NCBI GenBank assembly: GCA_023245265.1 | Contig: JAHFKQ010000001.1 | Span: 1 to 43,617 of the forward strand | Reading direction: 5' to 3' | From: Candidatus Collierbacteria bacterium | GTDB lineage: Bacteria > Patescibacteriota > Microgenomatia > UBA1400 > MFAQ01 | DNA length: 43,617 bases | In this document: positions 30,068-38,188 of the stretch, one piece after another | How the letters are laid out: every line of letters begins with the position of its first letter | How positions within the stretch are numbered: the first letter of the stretch is position 1 | Position numbers and translations under genes: made by a program | The notes under the pieces: generated by a model | Database searches by the model: none | The model's input: only the letters and a program-made list of their open reading frames with translations | Told to the model about the DNA's origin: nothing

Positions 30068-31279
30068 TTAGGCAATCACTCCACCGCCCAAACACTCACC
30101 TTTTCCATCGTAAAAGACCGCACTCTGGCCACTGGCCACTCCCCGAACCGCTTTAGTTAGTTCTACCCAGTAGCCGTGTTCGGATTTAGACACCCTGGCC
30201 CCAATGAGCTCCCCCCCGTGGCGAATCCTGACAAATAGCTCGCTTATCTTCTCCAAGTCTCTTTTTTGGGGGCTCATCAAATTAACCTCTTCCACCTCAA
30301 ACAGGTCTTTGACAGCCTTATCGGCTTCTCCCACCACTAAAGTATTGTTTGTGGCATCCTTAGAAATAATATAAAACACCTCCGTTTCCCCATTTTGAGT
30401 TTTTGAGTTTCTGAGTTTCTGAGTTTTTGGGTCCAGTGTCCAGCCTCCTCTTTGTCCCACGGTATAAAACCACACCCCATCATGGGTTCCTACTTCATTT
30501 CCTTCGGTATCCATTACTTTCCCCGGTTTCTCTTTCAGTCGTCTGGCCAGAAACTCCCTCACTTCTACATTGCCGACAAAACAAATCCCTTGACTATCCT
30601 TTTTGTCCGCCACGGATAGCCCAGCTTCTTTAGCCATCTGCCGCACTTCATTTTTTACCAGGTCACCCAAAGGGAACATCACCTTTGATAATTCGTTTTG
30701 AGTCAACTTCCACAGAAAATATGTCTGATCTTTGTGTTTATCCTTCGGGATACAAAGTCGAAAAGACGGTGCCGGAGCGCTAACAAATCCGCGCGGAATC
30801 ATCCGAGGTGCACTACCGACGGGCGTGAGCACGGCATTTGTGCGGTCCAAGCCGTCTTCAAGTTTCGCATAATGACCCGTGGCTATGTAATCGAAGTTAT
30901 TTTCCATCGCCCAGTCCAAGAAAAGCCCAAATTTGATCTCCGAGTTACACAAAACATCCGGATTTGGTGTTCGACCTGCTTCATATTCCTCGTAAAAATA
31001 TTTAATTACTCGGTTGTTATACTCTTCGGAAAAATCCAAAACCTTAAAAGGAATCCCCAATTCTAAGCAAGTTTTCAAGGCACTGGCCCGATCTTCGTCA
31101 GCTCGACAACCATTTTTCTTTATCCACTCTTCACGGGTTAAACCATCCTTCTCCACTTCACTCTTGGGCGGCCAGCAGTAAAGATGGACACCGGTCACAT
31201 CATACCCCGCCTTTTTCAAAAGCAAAGCACTGACGGCGCTATCCACGCCCCCGGAAATTCCCACCGCTACTCGTTTCAT
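30068..31279 (-). CDS. mnmA: tRNA-specific 2-thiouridylase MnmA
   Basis: PP-loop VAVGISGGVDSAVSA, CNSEIKFG, KDQTYFL and YTVGQRGG motifs. Confidence 0.93.
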   Translation of the reverse strand: MKRVAVGISGGVDSAVSALLLKKAGYDVTGVHLYCWPPKSEVEKDGLTREEWIKKNGCRADEDRASALKTCLELGIPFKVLDFSEEYNNRVIKYFYEEYEAGRTPNPDVLCNSEIKFGLFLDWAMENNFDYIATGHYAKLEDGLDRTNAVLTPVGSAPRMIPRGFVSAPAPSFRLCIPKDKHKDQTYFLWKLTQNELSKVMFPLGDLVKNEVRQMAKEAGLSVADKKDSQGICFVGNVEVREFLARRLKEKPGKVMDTEGNEVGTHDGVWFYTVGQRGGWTLDPKTQKLRNSKTQNGETEVFYIISKDATNNTLVVGEADKAVKDLFEVEEVNLMSPQKRDLEKISELFVRIRHGGELIGARVSKSEHGYWVELTKAVRGVASGQSAVFYDGKGECLGGGVIA

Positions 31280-31298
31280 TGGGGTTATTTTACCTTAT

Positions 31299-32825
31299 CT
31301 ATCGCTCTTTTTTATTCATTAGTTCCAAGTTTCTCTGGCACAGCTGATTCCCGGGTCTGGCTAGGAGGCACTCCTCGAACTTCTTTTTCGCCTCCACAGT
31401 CTTGCCGGTCATCAGGTCATACATGCCCCAGTTATTCAACAGCTCGGGGTATTGAGGATAGATTTCATTTGCCTCCTCCATCAACACCTTAGCCGCCGGC
31501 AAATCTTGTTTAAGGAGGTACATCGCCGCCGCATTATTTTTCGCCATCACACTGTCCGAAGCATAGGTCGCATCGTGGATAAACAATCTCTCCTGACTCA
31601 ACCAGTCAAAGTTTCTGATCATCGTCCGCCCCATAAATAGTATCAAAATAATAACTAATGCTGTTGCAGAAGTTCTAGCCAAAACCGCAAGGACCATGTA
31701 CATGAGAGCCGAAGGGAATCCGCCGTCGGCGGACGAAACAGTTACGCGGGAGTACGGAATTTGGCGAACTTCGAAACAGCCGAGTAGACACATCACCACC
31801 CCTAAACTCGGCCAAAACCACAATCTCTCTCCAAAAATAGTGCCAATGGGAAACAGAAGATTCCCGGTCATCAAGATTGGACCCCAAAACAGTATCAATC
31901 CCATTACCCACAGCTTATTTTTTCGCCAATCATTTTTTAATAAACTCAAAATAGATCCACCCATCATCCCTAATCCCAAAATTACCTTCCAATTCCACCA
32001 TTCCTTAACCATTTTTATCTGGTTATACGAATAGTCATAGCTCAGATTTTTCGGATAGATGATTTTACCCACCCCAAAAGGAAGTATTGCCAAAGCGTTC
32101 ATCACTCTTTTTTCGACCGACATAAATTTAAGTGGGTTTTCCACCATTGTCGCGGCGTTCCCTATTCCCCAGCCCCCAAGAACTACCAACCGTAAAAGAA
32201 TTAAGCCTATTAGCGCCATCCCCACAAAGAAACCAGCCCCTCCCTTTTCTTCTTTTTTAATTTCACTATTGGACCAAATTAAATACCATACCAAGGGCAC
32301 TCCCGCCATCGCCGTCTCTTTCGACAGCATAGCCAGAAATAATAAAAGTGCGGTTAGCTCCCACTTTTTCTCCATACTTTTCCCTATCGCCCAGAGAACC
32401 AATCCAAGCGCTAGCAACTCTGCCCGACCCACAATATTGTTAACAGCCTCGGTATGGATTGGTAAAACAGTAAATAAAATCGTGCCCCAAAAAGCCCTAT
32501 TCTCACTCGTCCATTTTTGGAGCACCTGATAAACCAGCCCACAAACCCAAGCATAAATCAAAATATTACCCAATCGAAAACCCCATGCTTCTTTGCCGAT
32601 TATCAGAGCGTTCAGATAAAAACTAAATGTGGTCAGTGGCCGATAAACCGAGAAATCATTTCCTACTGTGTAGTAATAAGGCCGCGTCCAAGTTTTTATC
32701 AGTGAACCGGCATTACCCATGTCCGGATCTTCCGAGATTACTTTGATATCATCTTGCACCAAACCACCAAAGAGACTCACCGCATACAAAACAAAGGCCA
32801 ACGAAAAAATTACCCATCCTCTCAT
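31299..32825 (-). CDS. GT-C-type membrane glycosyltransferase-like protein (PMT/TMTC-like) with C-terminal TPR repeats
   Basis: About 11 TM helices. An early-loop DD motif (GLVQDDIKVI). C-terminal TPR-like YPELLNNWGMY...AKKKFEECL. Confidence 0.7.
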   Translation of the reverse strand: MRGWVIFSLAFVLYAVSLFGGLVQDDIKVISEDPDMGNAGSLIKTWTRPYYYTVGNDFSVYRPLTTFSFYLNALIIGKEAWGFRLGNILIYAWVCGLVYQVLQKWTSENRAFWGTILFTVLPIHTEAVNNIVGRAELLALGLVLWAIGKSMEKKWELTALLLFLAMLSKETAMAGVPLVWYLIWSNSEIKKEEKGGAGFFVGMALIGLILLRLVVLGGWGIGNAATMVENPLKFMSVEKRVMNALAILPFGVGKIIYPKNLSYDYSYNQIKMVKEWWNWKVILGLGMMGGSILSLLKNDWRKNKLWVMGLILFWGPILMTGNLLFPIGTIFGERLWFWPSLGVVMCLLGCFEVRQIPYSRVTVSSADGGFPSALMYMVLAVLARTSATALVIILILFMGRTMIRNFDWLSQERLFIHDATYASDSVMAKNNAAAMYLLKQDLPAAKVLMEEANEIYPQYPELLNNWGMYDLMTGKTVEAKKKFEECLLARPGNQLCQRNLELMNKKER

Positions 32826-32841
32826 ATCTCAATTGTATCGT

Positions 32842-33012
32842 TCAAACACTCTGCTTCTTGGTCGCTTCTTTTATCCGATACTCACTTTGACCCTCTTTTT
32901 TCTCCTTCTGACTCATTCCCGATTTTTTCTCTTTTGCCAGGCGAATTTGTTCCTCGGATTTCTTGAATTGATTATGAAATTCCGGACTATAAACCGTATT
33001 TTTTTGCCTCAT
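32842..33012 (-). CDS. Possible small K/E-rich protein (56 aa, below the ORF-track cutoff)
   Basis: Hand translation: MRQKNTVYSPEFHNQFKKSEEQIRLAKEKKSGMSQKEKKEGQSEYRIKEATKKQSV*. It is co-oriented with the GT-C gene and 17 nt upstream of it. No clear SD. Confidence 0.3.
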   Translation of the reverse strand: MRQKNTVYSPEFHNQFKKSEEQIRLAKEKKSGMSQKEKKEGQSEYRIKEATKKQSV

Positions 33013-33072
33013 ACCATAAGGTTAGCACACACCTCTAGTAAGATGCTCTTTTTTTCGTGATATATTTGTTTT

Positions 33073-33348
33073 ATGGACGGAGAACATTTTCCCTCAATAC
33101 TAAGTAAGATAGCAGCTAAAGAGAAAGATAAATCTTTATCCCTAAGTCAAGATGAGTCTAATGTTTCATTGACCCCGGAAGCCCAAAAAGCTGAGGATAC
33201 GAAAAGAGCACTAGCCAGAGTCAGTAAGGCTGGAATTGGTGGTGAACCACCACTGTCAGAATATGAAAGAAATCTTATCGTCGAGGCAGAGGCCAAAAGA
33301 ACCACTCAAACTGATTATGTTCCCCTAAAAGACCGCCGAGGACGATAA
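33073..33348 (+). CDS. Small hydrophilic hypothetical protein (91 aa)
   Basis: Extended -10 box TGATATATT, then 6 nt, then ATG (leaderless geometry). Its stop abuts the stop of the convergent ATP-grasp gene. Confidence 0.5.
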   Translation: MDGEHFPSILSKIAAKEKDKSLSLSQDESNVSLTPEAQKAEDTKRALARVSKAGIGGEPPLSEYERNLIVEAEAKRTTQTDYVPLKDRRGR

Positions 33349-34272
33349 TTAATTCTGTACTATCTTCTCCGCCACATTGATTCCCAGCTTACTTCTCTCA
33401 AACCACTTAAACTGAGCCGTGCGGTTCACTTCAAAAATGCGCCATTGCTTGGCTTCTTCATCCCAAGCGATATCTAGTCCGGCAAAGTCGGCTTTCAAAA
33501 CTCTCATGGCCGCCAGAGCGGTCGTTTTCAATTCTTCCATCTGCTCCTTTGTAAATTTCGGTTTTATTTTGGACAGTTCCTCTTGCTGAGAGAGCACTTG
33601 AAATTTATCCTTTTGTTTATGGGGCATCATCCCAAGCACCATTCCATTCAAAACGAGCACTCTATACCAACGACGAACCTTGAGTACCGGTTGAATTAGT
33701 ACATCTCCCTCACTATATTTCAGCGATAATTTGGTTAATTTTTCCAAACTCTCCGCCAATTTCACATTTTTGCCGTGAGACCCAAATCGAGCTTTCACCA
33801 TCACCGGCACAAACTCGCTTTTTCTTTTGGCTAGAATTTCCAAGTATCTTTTCCAACCTCTCTTCCCTTGAAATGACACAAAAGGAATTACAGGTAGTCC
33901 GGCTTCGGCCAGGAGAATTCCCTGTTCCAGTTTTCCCATTAAGGGAAAGAGTTTAAAACTTTCGCCATTAATGACTTTAATTTCTTTCTCGGGAGTCTTA
34001 ATCTGTTGTACATACTCCAAAATCACCGACTTCACTCCCAGCATACTGGCTCCACCCCTTTTGGTGGCCGCTCTCGGCACGATCAAGTCATACTCCTCCA
34101 ATTTCCGGCCGGTGCCCAAATCCACTATTGGTTTACCCAGCTTACTCACCCCAATGCGAACATGTTCATAATTTACCTTGTCCACCACATACCCCATTTT
34201 TTCGGCCTCTTCAGCCAATCTCTTGGGTTCATACTCCCCTCTAAATCTGGTTAAAATTAAAACCTTTTTCAT
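33349..34272 (-). CDS. RimK-like ATP-grasp ligase (paralog 2)
   Basis: VMVKARFGSHGKNVKL, LIQPV and IFEVNRTAQFKWFE motifs. 4-nt overlap with the upstream gene. Confidence 0.85.
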   Translation of the reverse strand: MKKVLILTRFRGEYEPKRLAEEAEKMGYVVDKVNYEHVRIGVSKLGKPIVDLGTGRKLEEYDLIVPRAATKRGGASMLGVKSVILEYVQQIKTPEKEIKVINGESFKLFPLMGKLEQGILLAEAGLPVIPFVSFQGKRGWKRYLEILAKRKSEFVPVMVKARFGSHGKNVKLAESLEKLTKLSLKYSEGDVLIQPVLKVRRWYRVLVLNGMVLGMMPHKQKDKFQVLSQQEELSKIKPKFTKEQMEELKTTALAAMRVLKADFAGLDIAWDEEAKQWRIFEVNRTAQFKWFERSKLGINVAEKIVQN

Positions 34273-35180
34273 TTTGAAAATTTCTCTTTACAATAACTGA
34301 GAATCGCCTGAGCCGCGTTAATTTTTGTTCTCTTTTCAAAGACCTTAAACTGCGGCGCCTCGTTCACCTCGACGATGTAGAGCTTCCCCGTTACTAGGTC
34401 ACGGATGATATCCGTCCCCGCCACTTCTACCTCTAGGCACTTGGCCGCTCTTTCGGCAATCTCGATTACATCTGCCGGTAAATCTTTGACCGCTACCGAG
34501 TTCCCCTGGCTCTTATTCAATATCAATTTTTCTTCTTTGACCATTCGCTTAAAACCACCGATACATTTGTATCCCACCGTCATCACTCGGTAGTCTCCGT
34601 CGTTGCGGATATATTCTTGGATCAGAAAACCTCTCATCGGTACCACTCGACCACCTTCAAGCTTGGCCTTTTCGCGTCGTCCCTCCAGCACATGAATTAG
34701 TTTTTCAATATCTTCCATTTCCCGAATCCAGAAAGTGCCCATTCCATGGCGTCCACCTTGGGACAGTTTCACAATCGCGGGGAACTGCCAGTTTTGAAGC
34801 TCTTTTTTAAGGTCAAGGAGACTCTCTACATAAGCAGACTTGGGATAGTTCACCCCGGCTTCAAGTAGTTGCCAGGTCATAATCGATTTATATCTTCTTA
34901 GTGGTCCTTCAGTTTTGAGGTACTCATCCACCATTGGAATGTTATGTTTCCGCGCATAAAGTTGCAGTAGCTTACTCCATTCGAGCTCCGACCCTACCGA
35001 TCGAAGATACCACCCGTCAAAATCTTTTAGATCCTTTTCTCCATACCAGATTCGGTCACCGATCAGTTTCAATTTCCGGTATTTTATTGGCACCAGCTCA
35101 ATCCCCATTTTTTCGGCCTCGGCCAAAAATCTGGCTTCACTTTCATCAAAAGTAATTCTATGTAAGTAAGCGATTTTCAT
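34269..35180 (-). CDS. RimK-like ATP-grasp ligase (paralog 1)
   Basis: AIVKLSQGGRHGMGTFWI, LIQEYI and IVEVNEAPQFKVFE motifs. Confidence 0.85.
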   Translation of the reverse strand: MKIAYLHRITFDESEARFLAEAEKMGIELVPIKYRKLKLIGDRIWYGEKDLKDFDGWYLRSVGSELEWSKLLQLYARKHNIPMVDEYLKTEGPLRRYKSIMTWQLLEAGVNYPKSAYVESLLDLKKELQNWQFPAIVKLSQGGRHGMGTFWIREMEDIEKLIHVLEGRREKAKLEGGRVVPMRGFLIQEYIRNDGDYRVMTVGYKCIGGFKRMVKEEKLILNKSQGNSVAVKDLPADVIEIAERAAKCLEVEVAGTDIIRDLVTGKLYIVEVNEAPQFKVFEKRTKINAAQAILSYCKEKFSK

Positions 35181-35182
35181 CG

Positions 35183-36487
35183 TTATTTTCTAATTTTTAT
35201 TAGTCCCGGGTCGACCACAAAATCTCTCAGATCTCTCCGGCCTATCAGTAGCTGACGACGGAGATTTTTTCTGTCCGTCAAATTAGCTCTGGTCTTAATA
35301 ATCTTACCTTTTAATTTGATCGTAATGGCCACTTGGGTTCTTTCTTCAGTTCCCATAGAGTTTTTCACTTTCTTTGTCCAGAGAACATTTTCCGGCGTCA
35401 ACAGACCGAGTTCCAAAGCCATCCCTTGGTCGATAGAGGTGCCTTTGGCTCCAGTATCTATCTTGGCTCGTACTTCAATCATTTTCTTTTTCCCATTTTT
35501 GATGCTCACTTTTTCAAAGATACCAATGACCGGTTTTTCCTCCCCAGTAAAGCGGACCCGATTGGCGAATTTACTGGCAAAAAGAGCCTTACCTATTTTG
35601 ACTCCCTTTTCGGCTTCTTCGACTTCGAGCCCTTCGACTCTTTCCAGTCTGCGTCTTAGCCCAGTCATATTAGCGAGCTGGATTGAGAGACCGGGTTGGT
35701 CATTTAACTCCAGCACCACCGGTCCTTTTTCTTCGTCGATCAGCATGTCTACCGATAAATATTTCAGATTCGAGACCATCTCCGTCTCGACCGCCATCTT
35801 CAAGATCTTGTTCCAGTAAGGCACCGCGATACCATTCACCTTGATATTTGTATCGGGAAAATACTTGACTGGTCCATTTTTATAAACTCCATGAGTGGTA
35901 ATCCCGGTTGCCATGTCTATACCTAGTCCGATAGCTCCTTGATGCAGGTTCGCCTTTCCACTACTTTCTTCGGTTGGCAGACGAAGCATGGCCATCACCG
36001 GCACTCGGTTAAAGACAATTACCCGCACATCGGGAGCACCGCCTACAGCCAATTTCTTAAATTTCGGGTGAATTTTTATTCTCTCTTCGATCATCGCCTT
36101 ATCCGGCAGATTATTATGAGAGTATTTTCCTTCAATGATATCCAAAGCGTGCAGCACCAAGTCGGCCGTCCCGATTTTTTTGCCATCCACCGTCAGGAAA
36201 TAACCCTTTTCTTTGGCCGGTTTCCGAATCAAAAGAATTCCTTGTCCTCCAAAACCTTGTACCGGCTTAATGGCAAATCCTTCTTTCAGTTTGTTCCAGT
36301 TAAAGGCTCTTACCTCGGCCTGTTCCCCCATCACCCCCAAAAGTTTTGGGTGCGGCACTTGAGCCCTTTTAAGCATTCTTTTAGTCATCAGCTTATCGTC
36401 GGCCCGTTTACGGGCTGTTTTTCGATTGAGCGACAAATAGTCGGCGGACCGGGCATTGAGTCCTAAAATATCGGATAGTCTAGGCAT
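35183..36487 (-). CDS. Fusion protein: alpha-L-glutamate-ligase-related ATP-grasp plus a C-terminal retropepsin-like (DUF785/RimB-type) protease module
   Basis: N-terminal ILGLNARSADYLSLNRK...DDKLMTKRML, AIKPVQGFGGQGILLI and VLELNDQPGLSIQ. C-terminal ~120 aa with AKIDTGAKGTSID (DTG) and LIGRRDL. Confidence 0.75.
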   Translation of the reverse strand: MPRLSDILGLNARSADYLSLNRKTARKRADDKLMTKRMLKRAQVPHPKLLGVMGEQAEVRAFNWNKLKEGFAIKPVQGFGGQGILLIRKPAKEKGYFLTVDGKKIGTADLVLHALDIIEGKYSHNNLPDKAMIEERIKIHPKFKKLAVGGAPDVRVIVFNRVPVMAMLRLPTEESSGKANLHQGAIGLGIDMATGITTHGVYKNGPVKYFPDTNIKVNGIAVPYWNKILKMAVETEMVSNLKYLSVDMLIDEEKGPVVLELNDQPGLSIQLANMTGLRRRLERVEGLEVEEAEKGVKIGKALFASKFANRVRFTGEEKPVIGIFEKVSIKNGKKKMIEVRAKIDTGAKGTSIDQGMALELGLLTPENVLWTKKVKNSMGTEERTQVAITIKLKGKIIKTRANLTDRKNLRRQLLIGRRDLRDFVVDPGLIKIRK

Positions 36488-37357
36488 TTATTTGGAAAGT
36501 AGTTTTCTAAAGCGCCAAATTTCCAAGAGGCGTAAACCCTTATATTTTCCAATCAAGAGGTCAATCATCAGAATCAAGAAGACCGTCATTTCAGGGTTAA
36601 GTAAGACCAGGGCTTGAACCAACGGATTACTAATCACTTTATAAGCGATAAAGGCCAAGACCACCGTTTCCATCGTCATGCCAAAGGAGGTAGCCATATT
36701 TCTCGTGATCTGAGCTTCAATGAAAGTCTCAGCCAAAAGCACAAAAAGCATAATCGGGAAAATACCCACCGTCGCCAGTCTTTCCAGGCCAATAACCGGG
36801 GATAGAATCAGAAGCCCCAAAACTGCCATGGAAATCAGCCAAATCAAGATTGCCAGTTTAGGCAAGTACGGCACCTTTATCTTCTTAATAGCTACTCGTC
36901 CGAGAGTCGCGGCCAGGAGAATAAAGGCCAGTAGTACCAATCCGACCAAGCCTCCGGTAGAGAGAAAAGCCACCGAAAGGAGGGCCGGCACAATCATGCC
37001 AAAGCCACTGACTCCAACAACCTGTCGGGAAAAGGCCACCAAAGCCGCTACCAGCGGAAAAAGGAACAATAAAACCAGCGTATTGGGAGACACCCCGTCG
37101 GCTACCGCACGATGCAGGGCGATTTTCAAGAAGTTTCCCGCCCACCAACCCTTGATTTTCTGAGTCGTGAGTAAGGTGGTCAAACGGTTTTGTTCTTCTC
37201 TGGGGGCGGTCAAATCGGCCGGTTTCTCTTCCTGTTCAGCCACCAAAACTGCCGCGGAGGTCGCGGTCATACTGGGTGATGGTTTGGGCAGAGCCAAAAC
37301 AGGGGAATTACCAAGTAAAAATAAGCATAATGAAAGCCATATCGCCATTTTTTTCAT
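36488..37357 (-). CDS. Signal peptide plus ~7-TM membrane protein (7TM_transglut-like partner of ATP-grasp ligases)
   Basis: MKKMAIWLSLCLFLLGNSPVLALP signal, followed by seven hydrophobic helices. Its stop is directly adjacent to the start of the fusion ligase. Confidence 0.65.
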   Translation of the reverse strand: MKKMAIWLSLCLFLLGNSPVLALPKPSPSMTATSAAVLVAEQEEKPADLTAPREEQNRLTTLLTTQKIKGWWAGNFLKIALHRAVADGVSPNTLVLLFLFPLVAALVAFSRQVVGVSGFGMIVPALLSVAFLSTGGLVGLVLLAFILLAATLGRVAIKKIKVPYLPKLAILIWLISMAVLGLLILSPVIGLERLATVGIFPIMLFVLLAETFIEAQITRNMATSFGMTMETVVLAFIAYKVISNPLVQALVLLNPEMTVFLILMIDLLIGKYKGLRLLEIWRFRKLLSK

Positions 37358-37422
37358 GTAGGGTATTTTACCCTATAACTACTCTAATCACCAGTCGCAG
37401 AATGGATTTTGCTCCATCTTCC

Positions 37423-38157
37423 TTATTTCGCCGGTGTGAAGAGATCGTCATGCATCTCCCAGAACTTACCTTGCTCACCGGCACACAGGGCCGCTTCAGC
37501 CGCTTTCTGGGCCAAAGGGTGGAAGGACAAGGGGAAACTCTTGTACTCCAAACTAATTTTGCCTGCGTATTTCTGCATTATGGCAGTTATCGTTGGGAAA
37601 GCTCTCTCACAGAAAGGGCATTCAAAATCGGTAAACTCAACTATTTTAATTTTGGCATTTTTATCCCCGGTTACATAGCTGTCGGCCAAATTCAGTTTAA
37701 CCCTGGTACCCGCTTCACCGAGGGCCTTAGCCGCGGCCGGTCCTCCCCCATTTTTTAATTCGGCATCAATAATACTTTCAAAACTCGACTGCGGCTGAGC
37801 TCCTACTACCATCACTCCATTGATGAAGAATGAAGGCGTACCACTGACTCCCAGGGCCGCCCCTTCCTTTTGTTCGGCTGCCACTCTATTTGCAGTCGCA
37901 CCACTATCCAAACATGCATCAAACTTTGATGTATCTAAACCCAATTTCTTTGCTCTCTCTTTTAGGCTAGCCACATCCAGTTTTCTTTCCGGTGCCGCCG
38001 GTGCTTGAGCTGTCGGGGCTGTGGTTTCACTTCCAGCCACTTTTTTCAGGCCATCGACTTGAGACGATAATCGGCCGATATAGAAAGCCGCTACCAAAAG
38101 TAGTACCACCATAACGGGGGCGTAGAACTTAGAGAGATCTTGAGTTTTTTCAGACAT
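37423..38157 (-). CDS. DsbA/thioredoxin-fold thiol:disulfide oxidoreductase, membrane-anchored
   Basis: FTDFECPFCERA (CxxC) and GVSGTPSFFINGV motifs. N-terminal TM helix. Confidence 0.88.
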   Translation of the reverse strand: MSEKTQDLSKFYAPVMVVLLLVAAFYIGRLSSQVDGLKKVAGSETTAPTAQAPAAPERKLDVASLKERAKKLGLDTSKFDACLDSGATANRVAAEQKEGAALGVSGTPSFFINGVMVVGAQPQSSFESIIDAELKNGGGPAAAKALGEAGTRVKLNLADSYVTGDKNAKIKIVEFTDFECPFCERAFPTITAIMQKYAGKISLEYKSFPLSFHPLAQKAAEAALCAGEQGKFWEMHDDLFTPAK

Positions 38158-38188
38158 AGAAGAATAATAACAGAATTATTGAAAAACA

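Noticed and set aside
30396-30427. Short tandem repeats as a CRISPR array
   Set aside because: The units are only 8 nt, contiguous with no spacers, and lie inside a coding region. No cas genes are present in the window.
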